Positions 19,437-29,607 of a stretch of 64,000 bases of DNA are shown here, piece after piece (the first letter of the stretch is position 1; the number at the start of each line of letters is the position of its first letter). The notes under the pieces were generated by a model, which was not told the origin of the DNA, searched no databases, and worked only from the letters and a program-made list of their open reading frames with translations. This DNA comes from a virus. A program made the translations under genes and the position numbers. The DNA lies in the IMG/VR virus record IMGVR_UViG_3300046096_000928, positions 28,554 through 92,553 of that record. One strand, 5' to 3'.

Positions 19437-19921
19437 ATGATGTCTTTAGAATTGATTACTAAATACCTTTCAGTTTTGGATAACAACCAATTAGGCAAAG
19501 CTGAAATAAAAACGTTGGTGAATCTCTTAAAAGAATTTGAAAAAATACCTTCTGAAATTGAGCGGTTTCAATTAAAAATTATAGAACTTATTGATGACAA
19601 GGCGATAAGTGGCTACATCGAGTTAGATGATTGGCTTTATCACATTGAAAGAAATAAACTCTATAAAATAATCTCTATCGATCCTGCCACTCAAAAGAGT
19701 TTATCGAATTAGAAAAAGAGATTGAAGACAGTCGAGATAAGCTAAATGACTATATACGGACTGAAAATGAACAAATATAGAAGTTATGCTTAAAAATGCA
19801 GGAACTTTATGATCGTTTAGCTTCAGCAGTTGAAAACCAAACAGCTATTAATTCAGACGGCTTTGTCTTTGTTAATAAAAACAATAATTTTTATCACACA
19901 GTAAACAATAAAGAGAAATAA
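19437..19921 (+). pseudogene. Disrupted hypothetical gene
   Basis: Coding-like sequence continues in another frame after ~19690, with an internal TAG. Confidence 0.4.
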
Positions 19922-19923
19922 AA

Positions 19924-20283
19924 ATGCACATCCCAAACAGTCTTTTAAAAGACTTGAATATCGGAATAGTAACTTATCACGGTTATCAAATAACTTACCG
20001 TATCAAAGATGGTTATGTCAATGCTACACAGATAGCACAACTCTTTAATAAGATAGTTTGGGAGTGATTACGTTATAACTTAACTCAAGAGTGTATCAAT
20101 ACTTTAGAGATTGAATTAAGTACGGATAAATTAACCGAAATTGGTTTAGGCTCACCCAAAAATGGGGGAGGTCTTTGGATTCACCCTAGTTTAATTATTT
20201 CTTTAGCAAAATGGATAAAAAATGAAGAGTTTATTTATTGGTGTGAAAGTGAGTTCACTAATAAAAGAAAATTAGTAGCTTAG
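19924..20283 (+). pseudogene. KilA-N domain pseudogene
   Basis: DGYVNATQIA...W(TGA)LR...GLWIHP..LAKWI; TGA at 20065 at a conserved Trp position. Confidence 0.75.
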
Positions 20284-20288
20284 AACGA

Positions 20289-20382
20289 TTGCCACAGCGT
20301 AAGTCACTAAATACCGCTACAAAAAGATAGTCTCAACTGAAACTTGAGACTATCAATAATTAACCTTTCACAGGAGTGAATA
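20289..20382 (+). promoter_or_regulatory. Structured leader type B copy 1
   Basis: AGCG...CGCT hairpin, then GATAGTCTCAA/TTGAGACTATC hairpin, then AGGAG. Confidence 0.6.
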
Positions 20383-20908
20383 ATGATTTTAACATACAAA
20401 GACAGTGAAATTCAGCAACGAGATCAAGATAGTTATGTAAATTTAACTCAAATGGCAAAAGCGAACAATGTCAGAGTTTCTAACTGGTTGCAGTTAGAAA
20501 GTTCAAAAGCCTATATTCAGGCACTTGAAGCCGATACGAATATAATCGCATCGGAACTTTTGATCATAAAGAAAGGTTGTAGCTTTAAATTTTGAACAAT
20601 GGATAATGCAAAAACAGCGAAGAGGAAAAAAGATAATCGGAGATATATATATTTTCCTTGACAACGGGAATAATGCCTACAAAATCGGATTTACTACTAA
20701 CTTGAAGGAAAGAGAAAAGCAACATAAAACAAGCAATCCTTTTCTTGAATTAATTAAAGTTTATTCTTCTCAACGAATAGAGAATGAACAACTGTTACAT
20801 CAAAAATTAAGAGATTATCAAATCAAAGGAACTACTGAATGGTATGTAAAAAAGCCACAAGTTTTGAGAATTAAATTAACTATTCTCAAAACACCCCAAA
20901 TAGATTAG
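20383..20908 (+). pseudogene. KilA-N fused to GIY-YIG/T5orf172 domain, frameshifted
   Basis: YVNLTQMAKA; extra T at ~20590 (FK-FEQWIMQ); YKIGFT..L..R..EW motif. Confidence 0.7.
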
Positions 20909-20914
20909 ATAAAT

Positions 20915-21006
20915 TGACCACAGCGTAAGTCATTAAATATCGCTAAAAGATAGTCTCAAATATCAGTTGAGACTATCACTAATTAACTTTAATAGGAGAG
21001 TAGATT
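20915..21006 (+). promoter_or_regulatory. Structured leader type B copy 2
   Basis: Same two hairpins with different loop sequences. Confidence 0.6.
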
Positions 21007-21732
21007 ATGATCTTAACATACAAAGACCAAGAAATTCAGCAACGGGATCGAGATGGCTATGTGAATTTAACTCAAATGGCAAAAGCTAACGAAGTAGAAG
21101 TAAGTAATTGGTTGAGACTAGATAGCTCAAAAGCCTATATAGAAGCGTTAGAAGCCGACCTTCAGATATGCAGATCGAACCTTTTGATCGTGAATAAAGG
21201 GGGAATTGCTAATCAACAAGGTACATGGGCGCATCCTTTAGTAGCGATCGCCTTTGCACAATGGATAAGCCCACAATTTCATATCTGGTGTAATAAATGT
21301 ATCAAAATAATTTTTGAAACTGGTAGTTATTCTGTTTCAAACGTGAAATCCGAACCTATACAACAACCAATAATCCCTGTTCATGTTGTTGCTTTAGAAA
21401 AATCACGAGCGATTACTGAAATTGATAATTCATTATCTAATAAACACCCAAGACTTGCCCAACTTTTAATTGATCATATTGTTTCTGACCTTATAGGAAG
21501 TGAAAAGTTATTAAATGGCGATCGTCTTCGTGGTGTTGTAGAAATTGCAGAAGCAATGGGTTTTAAAAATGCAACTATCAAACGTTGTAATTTAGGCAAG
21601 TACGTTAAACGATTATGTGGACATTTAGCTAGTCAAGAGGAACGATTAGTACACGGCACAATGAGAGCGGTTGCGTGTTACCCAGAAAATAATGAAGAAG
21701 TAAAAACTGCTATCTTTAAATTCTTTAATTAA
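21007..21732 (+). CDS. KilA-N domain protein
   Basis: DGYVNLTQMAKA..NWLRL...GTWAHPLVAIAFAQWISP.F. Confidence 0.9.
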   Translation: MILTYKDQEIQQRDRDGYVNLTQMAKANEVEVSNWLRLDSSKAYIEALEADLQICRSNLLIVNKGGIANQQGTWAHPLVAIAFAQWISPQFHIWCNKCIKIIFETGSYSVSNVKSEPIQQPIIPVHVVALEKSRAITEIDNSLSNKHPRLAQLLIDHIVSDLIGSEKLLNGDRLRGVVEIAEAMGFKNATIKRCNLGKYVKRLCGHLASQEERLVHGTMRAVACYPENNEEVKTAIFKFFN

Positions 21733-21795
21733 TTACATATTAAAATTTCTGATAATACAATCAACTATTTATTAGAAATTTTAATTAAAAGTATA

Positions 21796-21824
21796 TTGAC
21801 AAAATAAATCAAATAAGAGATAAT
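21796..21824 (+). promoter_or_regulatory. Repeated promoter P3
   Basis: TTGACA-AAATAAATCAAATAAGA-GATAAT. Confidence 0.8.
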
Positions 21825-21855
21825 AGTATTATATAAACAAAACAAGAATAGAATC

Positions 21856-22056
21856 ATGAACAACCCAACTATCGAAACAAAAACTAAAAAAGAGTTAGTC
21901 AATGAGTATATAGGCAAACAAGCTAATTTATACTTCCGTACTTATAAAGCAGTTAAAGCAGAAGCAGAGTTAGAAAATATCGAATTATCAACTGAGGACT
22001 TACGCACAATCTCAACAAGTATTTTTATAAGCACTCAAAGAAAATTCAATCTTTAA
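21856..22056 (+). CDS. Early hypothetical protein
   Basis: 66-aa ORF downstream of P3. Confidence 0.55.
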   Translation: MNNPTIETKTKKELVNEYIGKQANLYFRTYKAVKAEAELENIELSTEDLRTISTSIFISTQRKFNL

Positions 22057-22114
22057 TCACTCAAAGGAAGTTTTTATGACTTCCTAAAAAACCAAAAATA
22101 ATAACAATAAAAAA

Positions 22115-22348
22115 ATGACTAAAATTAAATTAATCAAATCTTTATTGCATACATTCAAAAAAATTGATGGCGTAAGGATTAGTAATGCGGATACATTTTT
22201 CTTTATCCGATTTAAAGATAGATTACTTATAATCAAAGCTAAATCTGATAGTTTCCAACAACTAAGAGCAGGTTATACTTTACTCACTCAAATCCTTACT
22301 AAATTAGTTAATCCAAAATTAACCAGCCTTATTGAAAGTCATTATTGA
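22115..22348 (+). CDS. Hypothetical protein
   Basis: 77-aa ORF followed by hairpin. Confidence 0.45.
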   Translation: MTKIKLIKSLLHTFKKIDGVRISNADTFFFIRFKDRLLIIKAKSDSFQQLRAGYTLLTQILTKLVNPKLTSLIESHY

Positions 22349-22486
22349 TTCCAACTAAAATTAATTAATTAAATAACTAAGCTATTTTGGAAAGATAAAC
22401 TTAGTTATTTAATTAATAATGAATAAGGCTAAAACAAGGCTATTAATAGCCAAATAAATATCGAAAAAACTAATTTCAGAAATAAC

Positions 22487-22515
22487 TTGACAAAATAAAT
22501 CAAATAAGAGACAGT
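22487..22515 (+). promoter_or_regulatory. Repeated promoter P4
   Basis: TTGACA-AAATAAATCAAATAAGA-GACAGT. Confidence 0.75.
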
Positions 22516-22558
22516 AGTAATATAAGAACAAAAAACAAACACAGCGAGACTAAATTAA

Positions 22559-22819
22559 ATGAAAGATAAACTTGTAAAATCTATTCTAAACCTACCAGAT
22601 GAGGATCGAAAAGTTGTAATAAAAAAAACGGCAGATATGTTAGCAGAACTTTTTCCAAAACGAAACGAAAAACCCACTTATAGTTTAGGATTTCAGAAAT
22701 ACGAAAAACTAAACAAAAAACAAAGAATGGCATTACAGACCAAGTTTTGGGGGAGACCTTTTAAAGATATTACAGAGGCTCTGGAAACTCAAACTATTAA
22801 GGAAATTTTAGCTAACTAA
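22559..22819 (+). CDS. Early hypothetical protein
   Basis: Downstream of P4, followed by terminator hairpin ~22826-22872. Confidence 0.55.
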   Translation: MKDKLVKSILNLPDEDRKVVIKKTADMLAELFPKRNEKPTYSLGFQKYEKLNKKQRMALQTKFWGRPFKDITEALETQTIKEILAN

Positions 22820-22942
22820 AAACAAAAATAATAACTAGGTTTATTCTCTCAAGATAACCTAGTTATTATTTTTATAGGTTTCTCATCAGTTAAGCTAAAA
22901 CAAAGCCATTAATAGCCAAATAAACAGCTATAGAGAGAAGAA

Positions 22943-23850
22943 TTAAATTGAGGTAGATTGTATTACTTTTAAATTCTCTTTTAATTCTTCAATGTAATCT
23001 TTGTTTAATTTGATCGCCACATAATTTTTATTTTGTCTAATAGCCTCTTTTGCCACCGTACCAATACCAGCAAAAGAATCAAACACTACACCACCGACTG
23101 GACAACCAGCTTTTAAAAAACTCTAATCAAAGTATCTGGAAAACTGGCAAAATGATTAGAGTTTTTTGTTGGCTTCGTATTGACAATCCATACGGTTCTT
23201 TTTCTTCTAAAACCGTCGTTAATAAAATCGTTTAAATTATTTGGCTTTGAGATTTGACTTTCGATATTTCAAATTAGTGTGAACAGTTCTACTCGCAGAT
23301 TCTTTAATCAATTTACAATCAAAATAATATTTTGATTGTTTAGGAAGTAAAAATATATACTCATGGCTTTTCGTGCATCTATCTTTAACTGATTCTGGCA
23401 TTGCGTTAGGTTTATGCCAAATAATATCTTGTCTCAAATACCAGCCATCATCTTGTAAAGCAAAAGCAACACGCCACGGTAAACCTATTAAATCTTTAGC
23501 TTTTAAATTTAAAGAAATTTCTCTTTTTATATTTTCTTGGCAACCATCTTTATATTTTTATGTGATCCCACATTCTCATTAAGATTATCTGTTTTGCCTT
23601 TTAGTGAACTCATAGCATAGGTATCACCGAGATTTAACCATAATGTACCTTCCTCTTTTAAAACCCGTTTAATTTCACGAAAAACCTTAACTAAATTCTC
23701 TACATATTCAGAAGGTTTTTTTTCTAAGCCTAATTGATTTTCGTGTCCATAATTCCTTAATCTAAAATATGGCGGCGAGGTAACACAACAATCTAGTGAT
23801 TTATCAGCTAACGACTTCAAAACTTCCCTACAATCACCTTCTAAAATCAT
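22943..23850 (-). pseudogene. N4/N6 DNA methyltransferase, multiply frameshifted
   Basis: TSPPY, LWLNLGD, RQDIIWHKPNAMPESVKDR and AGCP.GG.V.DSFAG.GT motifs in different frames. Confidence 0.85.
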
Positions 23851-24030
23851 CTTATTTTAATTACAACTATAAACAATCATACTACATACAAAGAAAAATT
23901 AACTAGGGATCAATATTTAATTGGATTTACCTTCTTTATTTTCTTTATGAATAAATCATTGTTCCCAACTAGAAAAACTTTAATCCGTCCCATAATCATC
24001 AACAGAGAAAATAATTGTCCATCTCCTCAA

Positions 24031-24200
24031 CGGCTTCTTTTCTTTAAAAAAAAAGAAAAATCATTTTTACATAATTAACTTGATCTTTGTTTCTTTGATC
24101 AATAAGTGGATTTATTATTATTATGTGTATCAAAAACCTGTTATCACGAATCCTAATAACACGATTTCTGTTATCACGAATCCTAATGATAGGAACTCGT
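24031..24200 (+). repeat. Origin-like module copy B
   Basis: CATAATTAACTTGATCTTT segment and 15-bp-period repeats at 24137, 24152, 24167 and 24182, ending AGGAACTCGTCA. Confidence 0.75.
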
Positions 24201-24463
24201 CATCAGGATTATTTTGCTATGACTACTGGGTAAATCAAATAAATGTCTATCAATACCTAAACAACATTTTAAAGGGAAAGAAACCGATTTAAACGGCAAT
24301 AGAGATAACGATCAGTTTAATAAGTAACGATAAAATCAAAAAAAGGAGAAAAAGATAAGATTCTGTATTTTAATCGGATTTTGACTAAAAAAAGGCGATC
24401 GCCTAATTAAAAAAGATATAATTAGAGAAAAGATAAAATTAGAGAAAAGATAAAATAAAAAAG

Positions 24464-25936
24464 ATGAAAATAATTAAATTAAATGAAGATAGCCTATATA
24501 ATCCTCATAGTGGATTAGGGACAGAATATAGCTCGTTAAAAAATACTTTTTTTAATCTCAGCTTACCAACTAACCCTGAGGATAGAGATAGTTTCTCTTT
24601 GTTGTATCGGACTTTATGGCAAGTAGAAAAAGTAGTAGATTACTTTCCTAGTGAGATGACAAAAGAATGGGGGAAATTAACTTTAAAACAAAATAGAAAA
24701 ATAGAAAATGAGATAGATCAGATTACAGATAAATTAAGAGATATTTTTAGAGATGGTCAAAGATTAGCGAATCTTTATGGTTCAGCAATGGCAATTATCT
24801 ATGTAGAAGATGGAGGAAAATTGTACGAGCCGATTAATTTCAATAAAATAAAATCTTTTCAAGGTTACTCAAGAATATTTGATAGATGGGAATTAACAAT
24901 CGCCCCAAACAGTTATTCAAATAATGAACCTTATGATCCTGAGTATTATACTTTATTGACTTATTCAAATAATCAAAAAGTGCCAAATAATACATTAATT
25001 CACAAAGATAGAATATTAAGATTTAGGGGGCGAAAATTACCACCCTATGAACAAATATTAAATCAAGGTTGGGAAGATTCGGTCTTACAGCCTTTCTTAA
25101 ATCCATTAAAAAATTATTTAGCTGGTTATCAATATGTAACAGAAGCTCTAAGAGATTTTGAGATAATGATTGTTAAAATACAAGATTTAAACGAAAAATT
25201 GGCAGCGAGTGAACAAGGGTATAGAGCGATAAAACAAAGAGCAAAAGAAGTAAGTATTGATGCAAGTAGTCAACGTGGTTTGTGGATGGATAAAGAAACA
25301 GAAGAAGTACAGATATTAAGTAGGAATTTTAGTAATGTAGAAAAAATAGTTGATATTTCATTAAGGGAAATGATCGCCTCCTCTGGTATTGATGCAGGTG
25401 AATTTTATAAAGAAAAGGATCAAATAAAAGCTAACAGTAAAGAGGAAAGATTAGCAACAGCTAATCGTATTAAATCATTACAAGAGGAAAAATGGAGTAA
25501 CTTAATTGAATCACAATTAGAGTTAATTTTAGCTACATACAATATAAAAAAAAATAATAGAAAGTGGGAATGGATAAGTACATATTCACCGACGGAAACC
25601 GAAAAATTAGAAATGGACGATAAAGAATCAATTACTTTAGATAGATATATCTCTAATGGTGTTTTAACGGCTGAAGAAGTTAGAACCTCAGTTTTTGATA
25701 ATCCCGACACAAAAATAATGTTAAATGAAGTCGATAAAAAAAATGTATTAAAAGAACCTGAAAATATAAAAGAAATCTTATTAAATGAAACTACAGAAGA
25801 AAAAGAAAAAAAAGAAAATAAAAAAGATGATCAAAATGAGATACAGAAATTTGTAGTGAAAGAAAATTCAGAATTATTACCAAATAGTTATTATGATATA
25901 GATTTAGACGAATTAGAAACTATAGAAGAAGATTAA
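24464..25936 (+). CDS. Portal protein (DUF1073/HI1409-like)
   Basis: LYR..W...KVVD..P.EMT, ANLYG, IHKDRILRF.G, GW.DS.LQ and Y..NGVLT.EEVR. Confidence 0.85.
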   Translation: MKIIKLNEDSLYNPHSGLGTEYSSLKNTFFNLSLPTNPEDRDSFSLLYRTLWQVEKVVDYFPSEMTKEWGKLTLKQNRKIENEIDQITDKLRDIFRDGQRLANLYGSAMAIIYVEDGGKLYEPINFNKIKSFQGYSRIFDRWELTIAPNSYSNNEPYDPEYYTLLTYSNNQKVPNNTLIHKDRILRFRGRKLPPYEQILNQGWEDSVLQPFLNPLKNYLAGYQYVTEALRDFEIMIVKIQDLNEKLAASEQGYRAIKQRAKEVSIDASSQRGLWMDKETEEVQILSRNFSNVEKIVDISLREMIASSGIDAGEFYKEKDQIKANSKEERLATANRIKSLQEEKWSNLIESQLELILATYNIKKNNRKWEWISTYSPTETEKLEMDDKESITLDRYISNGVLTAEEVRTSVFDNPDTKIMLNEVDKKNVLKEPENIKEILLNETTEEKEKKENKKDDQNEIQKFVVKENSELLPNSYYDIDLDELETIEED

Positions 25937-26247
25937 TCTTTATTTCGAGAATTATGAGTATCTCCGTTTGAAGGGCTAAATCCGTTTAGTTTTTCAAGAT
26001 AGCGTTCAATTCTATCAATTCGTTTCTCGAAGGAACTAAACATATAATTCATTTCTGCTCTTACCGCTTTTATATTAGCGGCATTCTCTCCTATATTATC
26101 CCTAATTTTATTAGTTTTGGATTCTAAACTGCTAGTAATATCGTTTTTGATAATTGTCTGTTTACTGAAATTAAGATAATTAATAAAGGGAACAAATATC
26201 GCCGTTACTAAGATTAGTGCAACTGAGATAATTTCAAAAGGGGTCAT
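25933..26247 (-). CDS. Single-TM coiled-coil protein (holin/XhlA-like candidate)
   Basis: N-terminal hydrophobic helix followed by heptad pattern. Confidence 0.4.
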   Translation of the reverse strand: MTPFEIISVALILVTAIFVPFINYLNFSKQTIIKNDITSSLESKTNKIRDNIGENAANIKAVRAEMNYMFSSFEKRIDRIERYLEKLNGFSPSNGDTHNSRNKD

Positions 26248-26294
26248 TTATTTAGATTATAAAAAGAATAAGTTCATTTTATATGTTAACAAAA

Positions 26295-26531
26295 CTAAAT
26301 AATTGTCTTTTTAACTTTTTTTTGTTCCCAATTTTTTTGGAGATAATTTTTTATTTGTTTAGCTTCGATTCTAGTCTGATTATATTCTTGAATCACTTTT
26401 AATAAATTAAAAGTGAGAAATAGAATAGCTATAAAAACTAAGAAAGGGTGACTTTTTAATCCTATTAATCCGAGTAGAAAGAAAAAAGTGAAGATTAGAT
26501 TTCTTTTACATTTAGAATGTAATTTTAGCAT
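26295..26531 (-). CDS. Small two-TM membrane protein
   Basis: Two hydrophobic stretches. Confidence 0.45.
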   Translation of the reverse strand: MLKLHSKCKRNLIFTFFFLLGLIGLKSHPFLVFIAILFLTFNLLKVIQEYNQTRIEAKQIKNYLQKNWEQKKVKKTII

Positions 26532-26537
26532 ATTAAT

Positions 26538-27074
26538 TTAAAATTTATTGATTTTGGTTATTAATAATGCTATCAGATATTGATTATCTTTATCTATTTT
26601 TTGTCTTATCGCATTTTCTAAAGATTTCGTCAATCGCTCATTAATTCTAGTTATCTTTTTTTTTATAAAAAAATCTAACATGTTGCGTTCGCTTTCTACT
26701 ATGTTGTAAAATAAACAGAATCTATCAAATTGACTATCAGAAAAAGGGTATTTATCCTCTTCTAAAAAAATCACTTCATCTATTCGATCATAAATAAATT
26801 TGGCAGGTACGAATGGTTCAATCTTAGGAAAAACTAACTCATAATTTAGATAATCTTTTTGTAATTTCACAATACTATTTAATTTGATTAATAATGCCGT
26901 TAAATTAGAGTTATACCATTTCCCCGTATTTTTTCTGACTTGGGGAATTAAATAGCCATCATTCCTTTTATTAAAGCCCGTCAATAACTTTTTCTTTGAG
27001 ATATAGACGGGCGTATCATAACTTACTTTTTCGCTCAGTAAATTCAATTCTTTTCTTACTAAATATAACTTCAT
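26538..27074 (-). CDS. Hypothetical protein
   Basis: 178-aa ORF in coupled operon. Confidence 0.5.
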   Translation of the reverse strand: MKLYLVRKELNLLSEKVSYDTPVYISKKKLLTGFNKRNDGYLIPQVRKNTGKWYNSNLTALLIKLNSIVKLQKDYLNYELVFPKIEPFVPAKFIYDRIDEVIFLEEDKYPFSDSQFDRFCLFYNIVESERNMLDFFIKKKITRINERLTKSLENAIRQKIDKDNQYLIALLITKINKF

Positions 27075-27268
27075 TTTAAGTAATCTTTTAATACTTCTAA
27101 AATATCGTTTACGTTTACCTCACTTAAATCTTTTAATTGCATACATAAAGTTAAAACCCCGTCTTTATCTTCTTTTGATTCAATCGTGGCAAACTCTGTT
27201 TTTACAGAGTGTTTACTTGCTTCGATATTGTTTACGCCTTTCCCTTCTAATAGTTGCTTTAAGTCCAT
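27071..27268 (-). CDS. Hypothetical protein (paralog of 27573..27818)
   Basis: MDL..L...G ... IL..LKD..K shared. Confidence 0.5.
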   Translation of the reverse strand: MDLKQLLEGKGVNNIEASKHSVKTEFATIESKEDKDGVLTLCMQLKDLSEVNVNDILEVLKDYLK

Positions 27269-27572
27269 TGTTTTATTTTTTCGATTATTTATTAATTGTT
27301 CTAGCTGATTTGATTACTGGTTTTATTTACGAAAACTTTAAGAAGTCTCAAAATAAACTTAATTTTTTGCTCATCCACGTCTTTAACTTCAATGAGTAAT
27401 CGGGGAAATCTTTATTTTCTTTTATTTCTACTGTTACGTAATCTGTTTCTACATAGTTTGTTGATTCTACTATGCCCGTTACTCCGTAATCTAATAATTC
27501 CTGTTTTAAGTCCATTATCTAAAATCCTTTATTATTTATTTAATTTTGCTCCCGCAAAAAGGCTTTTAATGA

Positions 27573-27818
27573 TTATTTGATCATATCTTTAAGTGTTTTT
27601 AAAATCTCTTTTATTTGGGATTCTGTGACTTTCTTAAATCCTATCTCTAATTTAAAGTGATCCTCGTTCTCTTCTTTTATCACTACGAAGTATAAATCAT
27701 CGTTACTTACTGATTGAGTTACTTCGTATGGATCAGCAAGCCCTAAAGTTTCTAATTCTTTTTGTAAATCCATTATATGAAGTCCTTTTCTATATTTTCT
27801 ATTAACGAATCTTGGCAA
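27573..27818 (-). CDS. Hypothetical protein
   Basis: Probable start MDLQKE at 27773. Confidence 0.5.
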   Translation of the reverse strand: MPRFVNRKYRKGLHIMDLQKELETLGLADPYEVTQSVSNDDLYFVVIKEENEDHFKLEIGFKKVTESQIKEILKTLKDMIK

Positions 27819-28048
27819 CTCAAACCCACTTCGGTGATTATTTGATTTACTGTAATCTGTGTTGTTTCAATTATACTACTAAAATTATGAATTAGGGAAA
27901 ATATATTAGAAATAGTTATCAACAATAAAACTTTTTGATGATGCTCAATCAAAAAATCGTAATCTTCTTTTTCTAACTCCCATTCTATATTTGACTTCAT
28001 TACTAAAAATGTATCTAACTTTTGGGTGAAAATATCTGTATTCATCAT
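27773..28048 (-). CDS. Hypothetical protein
   Basis: 91-aa ORF. Confidence 0.4.
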   Translation of the reverse strand: MMNTDIFTQKLDTFLVMKSNIEWELEKEDYDFLIEHHQKVLLLITISNIFSLIHNFSSIIETTQITVNQIITEVGLSCQDSLIENIEKDFI

Positions 28049-28109
28049 ATTTGTTTTATACTTGTAATAGTTATATATTACATTAAAATGAGAATAAAAA
28101 ATAAAAATA

Positions 28110-28571
28110 ATGACAATTTCATATCAAGGGTTACTGACCGAATTAAAAAGTATAAGCAAGGGGTTAAAAGGAGTAACTGGGATTCAATACAACGCACTGT
28201 TTACCTTTAAAGAAGGTATGGGTAATATTGTTATTGATGAAACCACAGGCAACTATAATTTAGAGACTGAAATGATGAGAACAGTAAAAGCTAAATTGAT
28301 AAAAAGAAAAGACGGCACAGTAGAGAGTGAAGGAGGATTAAATTACTCAAGGGTATATTGTGAAGGTTGGTTAGTTACGCCCGTTGAATATAACGGACGG
28401 ATACCTAATGTAGTTGATTGTAGTTTTATTCAAAATAACTTATCTTATGAAGGTAAATTTTATTTCACGGACGCTATGACAACACCTGTTACTGAATCAA
28501 TGGATTTGGCGATTGCCATTGGTCAAGCTATACAAGGTTATTTTGAATTGAAAGGAGATAACGGATTATAA
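28110..28571 (+). CDS. Putative head-closure protein
   Basis: DETTGN, GWLV.P and G..I.G.F pattern; coupled to neck gene. Confidence 0.5.
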   Translation: MTISYQGLLTELKSISKGLKGVTGIQYNALFTFKEGMGNIVIDETTGNYNLETEMMRTVKAKLIKRKDGTVESEGGLNYSRVYCEGWLVTPVEYNGRIPNVVDCSFIQNNLSYEGKFYFTDAMTTPVTESMDLAIAIGQAIQGYFELKGDNGL

Positions 28572-28945
28572 TGAAATTTACTTTTGATGAAAAGAAATTC
28601 TTAAAAGAGGCTGAGAGAATAGCTGTCAAAGGATTTGGTAAAGTAGCGGATGTAATGCAAGAACAAATAACTGAAGAAAAAAGAGAATACCCTAACCTTA
28701 CGGTGCGGAGGTATGGAGAGGGTAAAACTGGACGTATTGCTACAAGCCCTAGAGACGTGGTAGATAGTGCTGATTTAAGAGATAGTTTTATGAACGCTAG
28801 TAGAATAGAAGGGAATACTATTATTTTTAATGCTACATGGGATGCGGATCATGCTAGTTTAGTTTATTTAGGGACTTCTAAAATTCCTAGCTATACGTGG
28901 GTTGATAATGTAGTACAAACAATTAATTGGCAAACTATTATTTGA
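28571..28945 (+). CDS. Neck protein (HK97 gp10-like)
   Basis: SPRDVVDS..LRDS and W...A..V..GT motifs. Confidence 0.6.
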   Translation: MKFTFDEKKFLKEAERIAVKGFGKVADVMQEQITEEKREYPNLTVRRYGEGKTGRIATSPRDVVDSADLRDSFMNASRIEGNTIIFNATWDADHASLVYLGTSKIPSYTWVDNVVQTINWQTII

Positions 28946-29426
28946 TCGTAATTAGATTGATTTCTTCTAATAAATTTTCTTGCTGTTTTAACATTTCTAC
29001 TAGACTTTGATCGTCAGGGTGATTCCATCCTAAGAGATGTAAGAAGCCATGAGAAGCTAACCAAGTTAACTCAATCTTTAAAGCGTGTTGTTGAGTTATA
29101 GCTTGTCTCTTAGCTGTTTCTACTGAAATGATTATGTCTCCCAAATAAATAGGTTCATCTAAATCATCAATCAATATTTCATTTTCTAAGGAGGCAAAAC
29201 TTAAAACATCGGTTGTTTTATCTATGTTACGAAATTGATTATTTAATGCTTTTATTTCTTCATCATTAGTTAATCTTAGAGTTAGTTCATAATGATCATT
29301 TTGGGGAGTATCTGGACTTAATAAATTTAACCATTGTTGAAACCAATCTTGCCAAATGTCTGACAAAATTGGTTTATCTTGGCTATTGGAATATAAATCT
29401 TCAAAGAAAAGAGTGATAGTAGCCAT
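28938..29426 (-). CDS. ybeY: rRNA maturation endoribonuclease YbeY
   Basis: LNNQFR..DK.TDVLSF, LGDIIIS and HGFLHLLGWNH zinc motif. Confidence 0.95.
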   Translation of the reverse strand: MATITLFFEDLYSNSQDKPILSDIWQDWFQQWLNLLSPDTPQNDHYELTLRLTNDEEIKALNNQFRNIDKTTDVLSFASLENEILIDDLDEPIYLGDIIISVETAKRQAITQQHALKIELTWLASHGFLHLLGWNHPDDQSLVEMLKQQENLLEEINLITIK

Positions 29427-29430
29427 AGGT

Positions 29431-29601
29431 TTAACGTGTTAAGTAAGACATTGCAATTAAAAAAGTAAATAATCCTAAAGTAGTTAAGAAAAAATGCCAT
29501 AAAGAAATTCCTTTTTTAGCAACCATATTACGCATCGCTGATTTAACAAAACTATCTTTTATCTCCTTATTGGCGATCGCCTTTGTTTCTTCTTCATTCA
29601 T
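29431..29601 (-). CDS. DUF3285 family small membrane protein (missed by ORF track)
   Basis: SFVKSAMRNMVAKKGISLWHFFLTTLGL...SYLTR; usual upstream neighbour of cyanobacterial ybeY. Confidence 0.85.
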   Translation of the reverse strand: MNEEETKAIANKEIKDSFVKSAMRNMVAKKGISLWHFFLTTLGLFTFLIAMSYLTR

Positions 29602-29607
29602 ATTTTA

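Noticed and set aside
24420-24455. 17-bp tandem repeat AATTAGAGAAAAGATAA upstream of portal
   Set aside because: Only two copies in purine-rich low-complexity DNA; likely slippage
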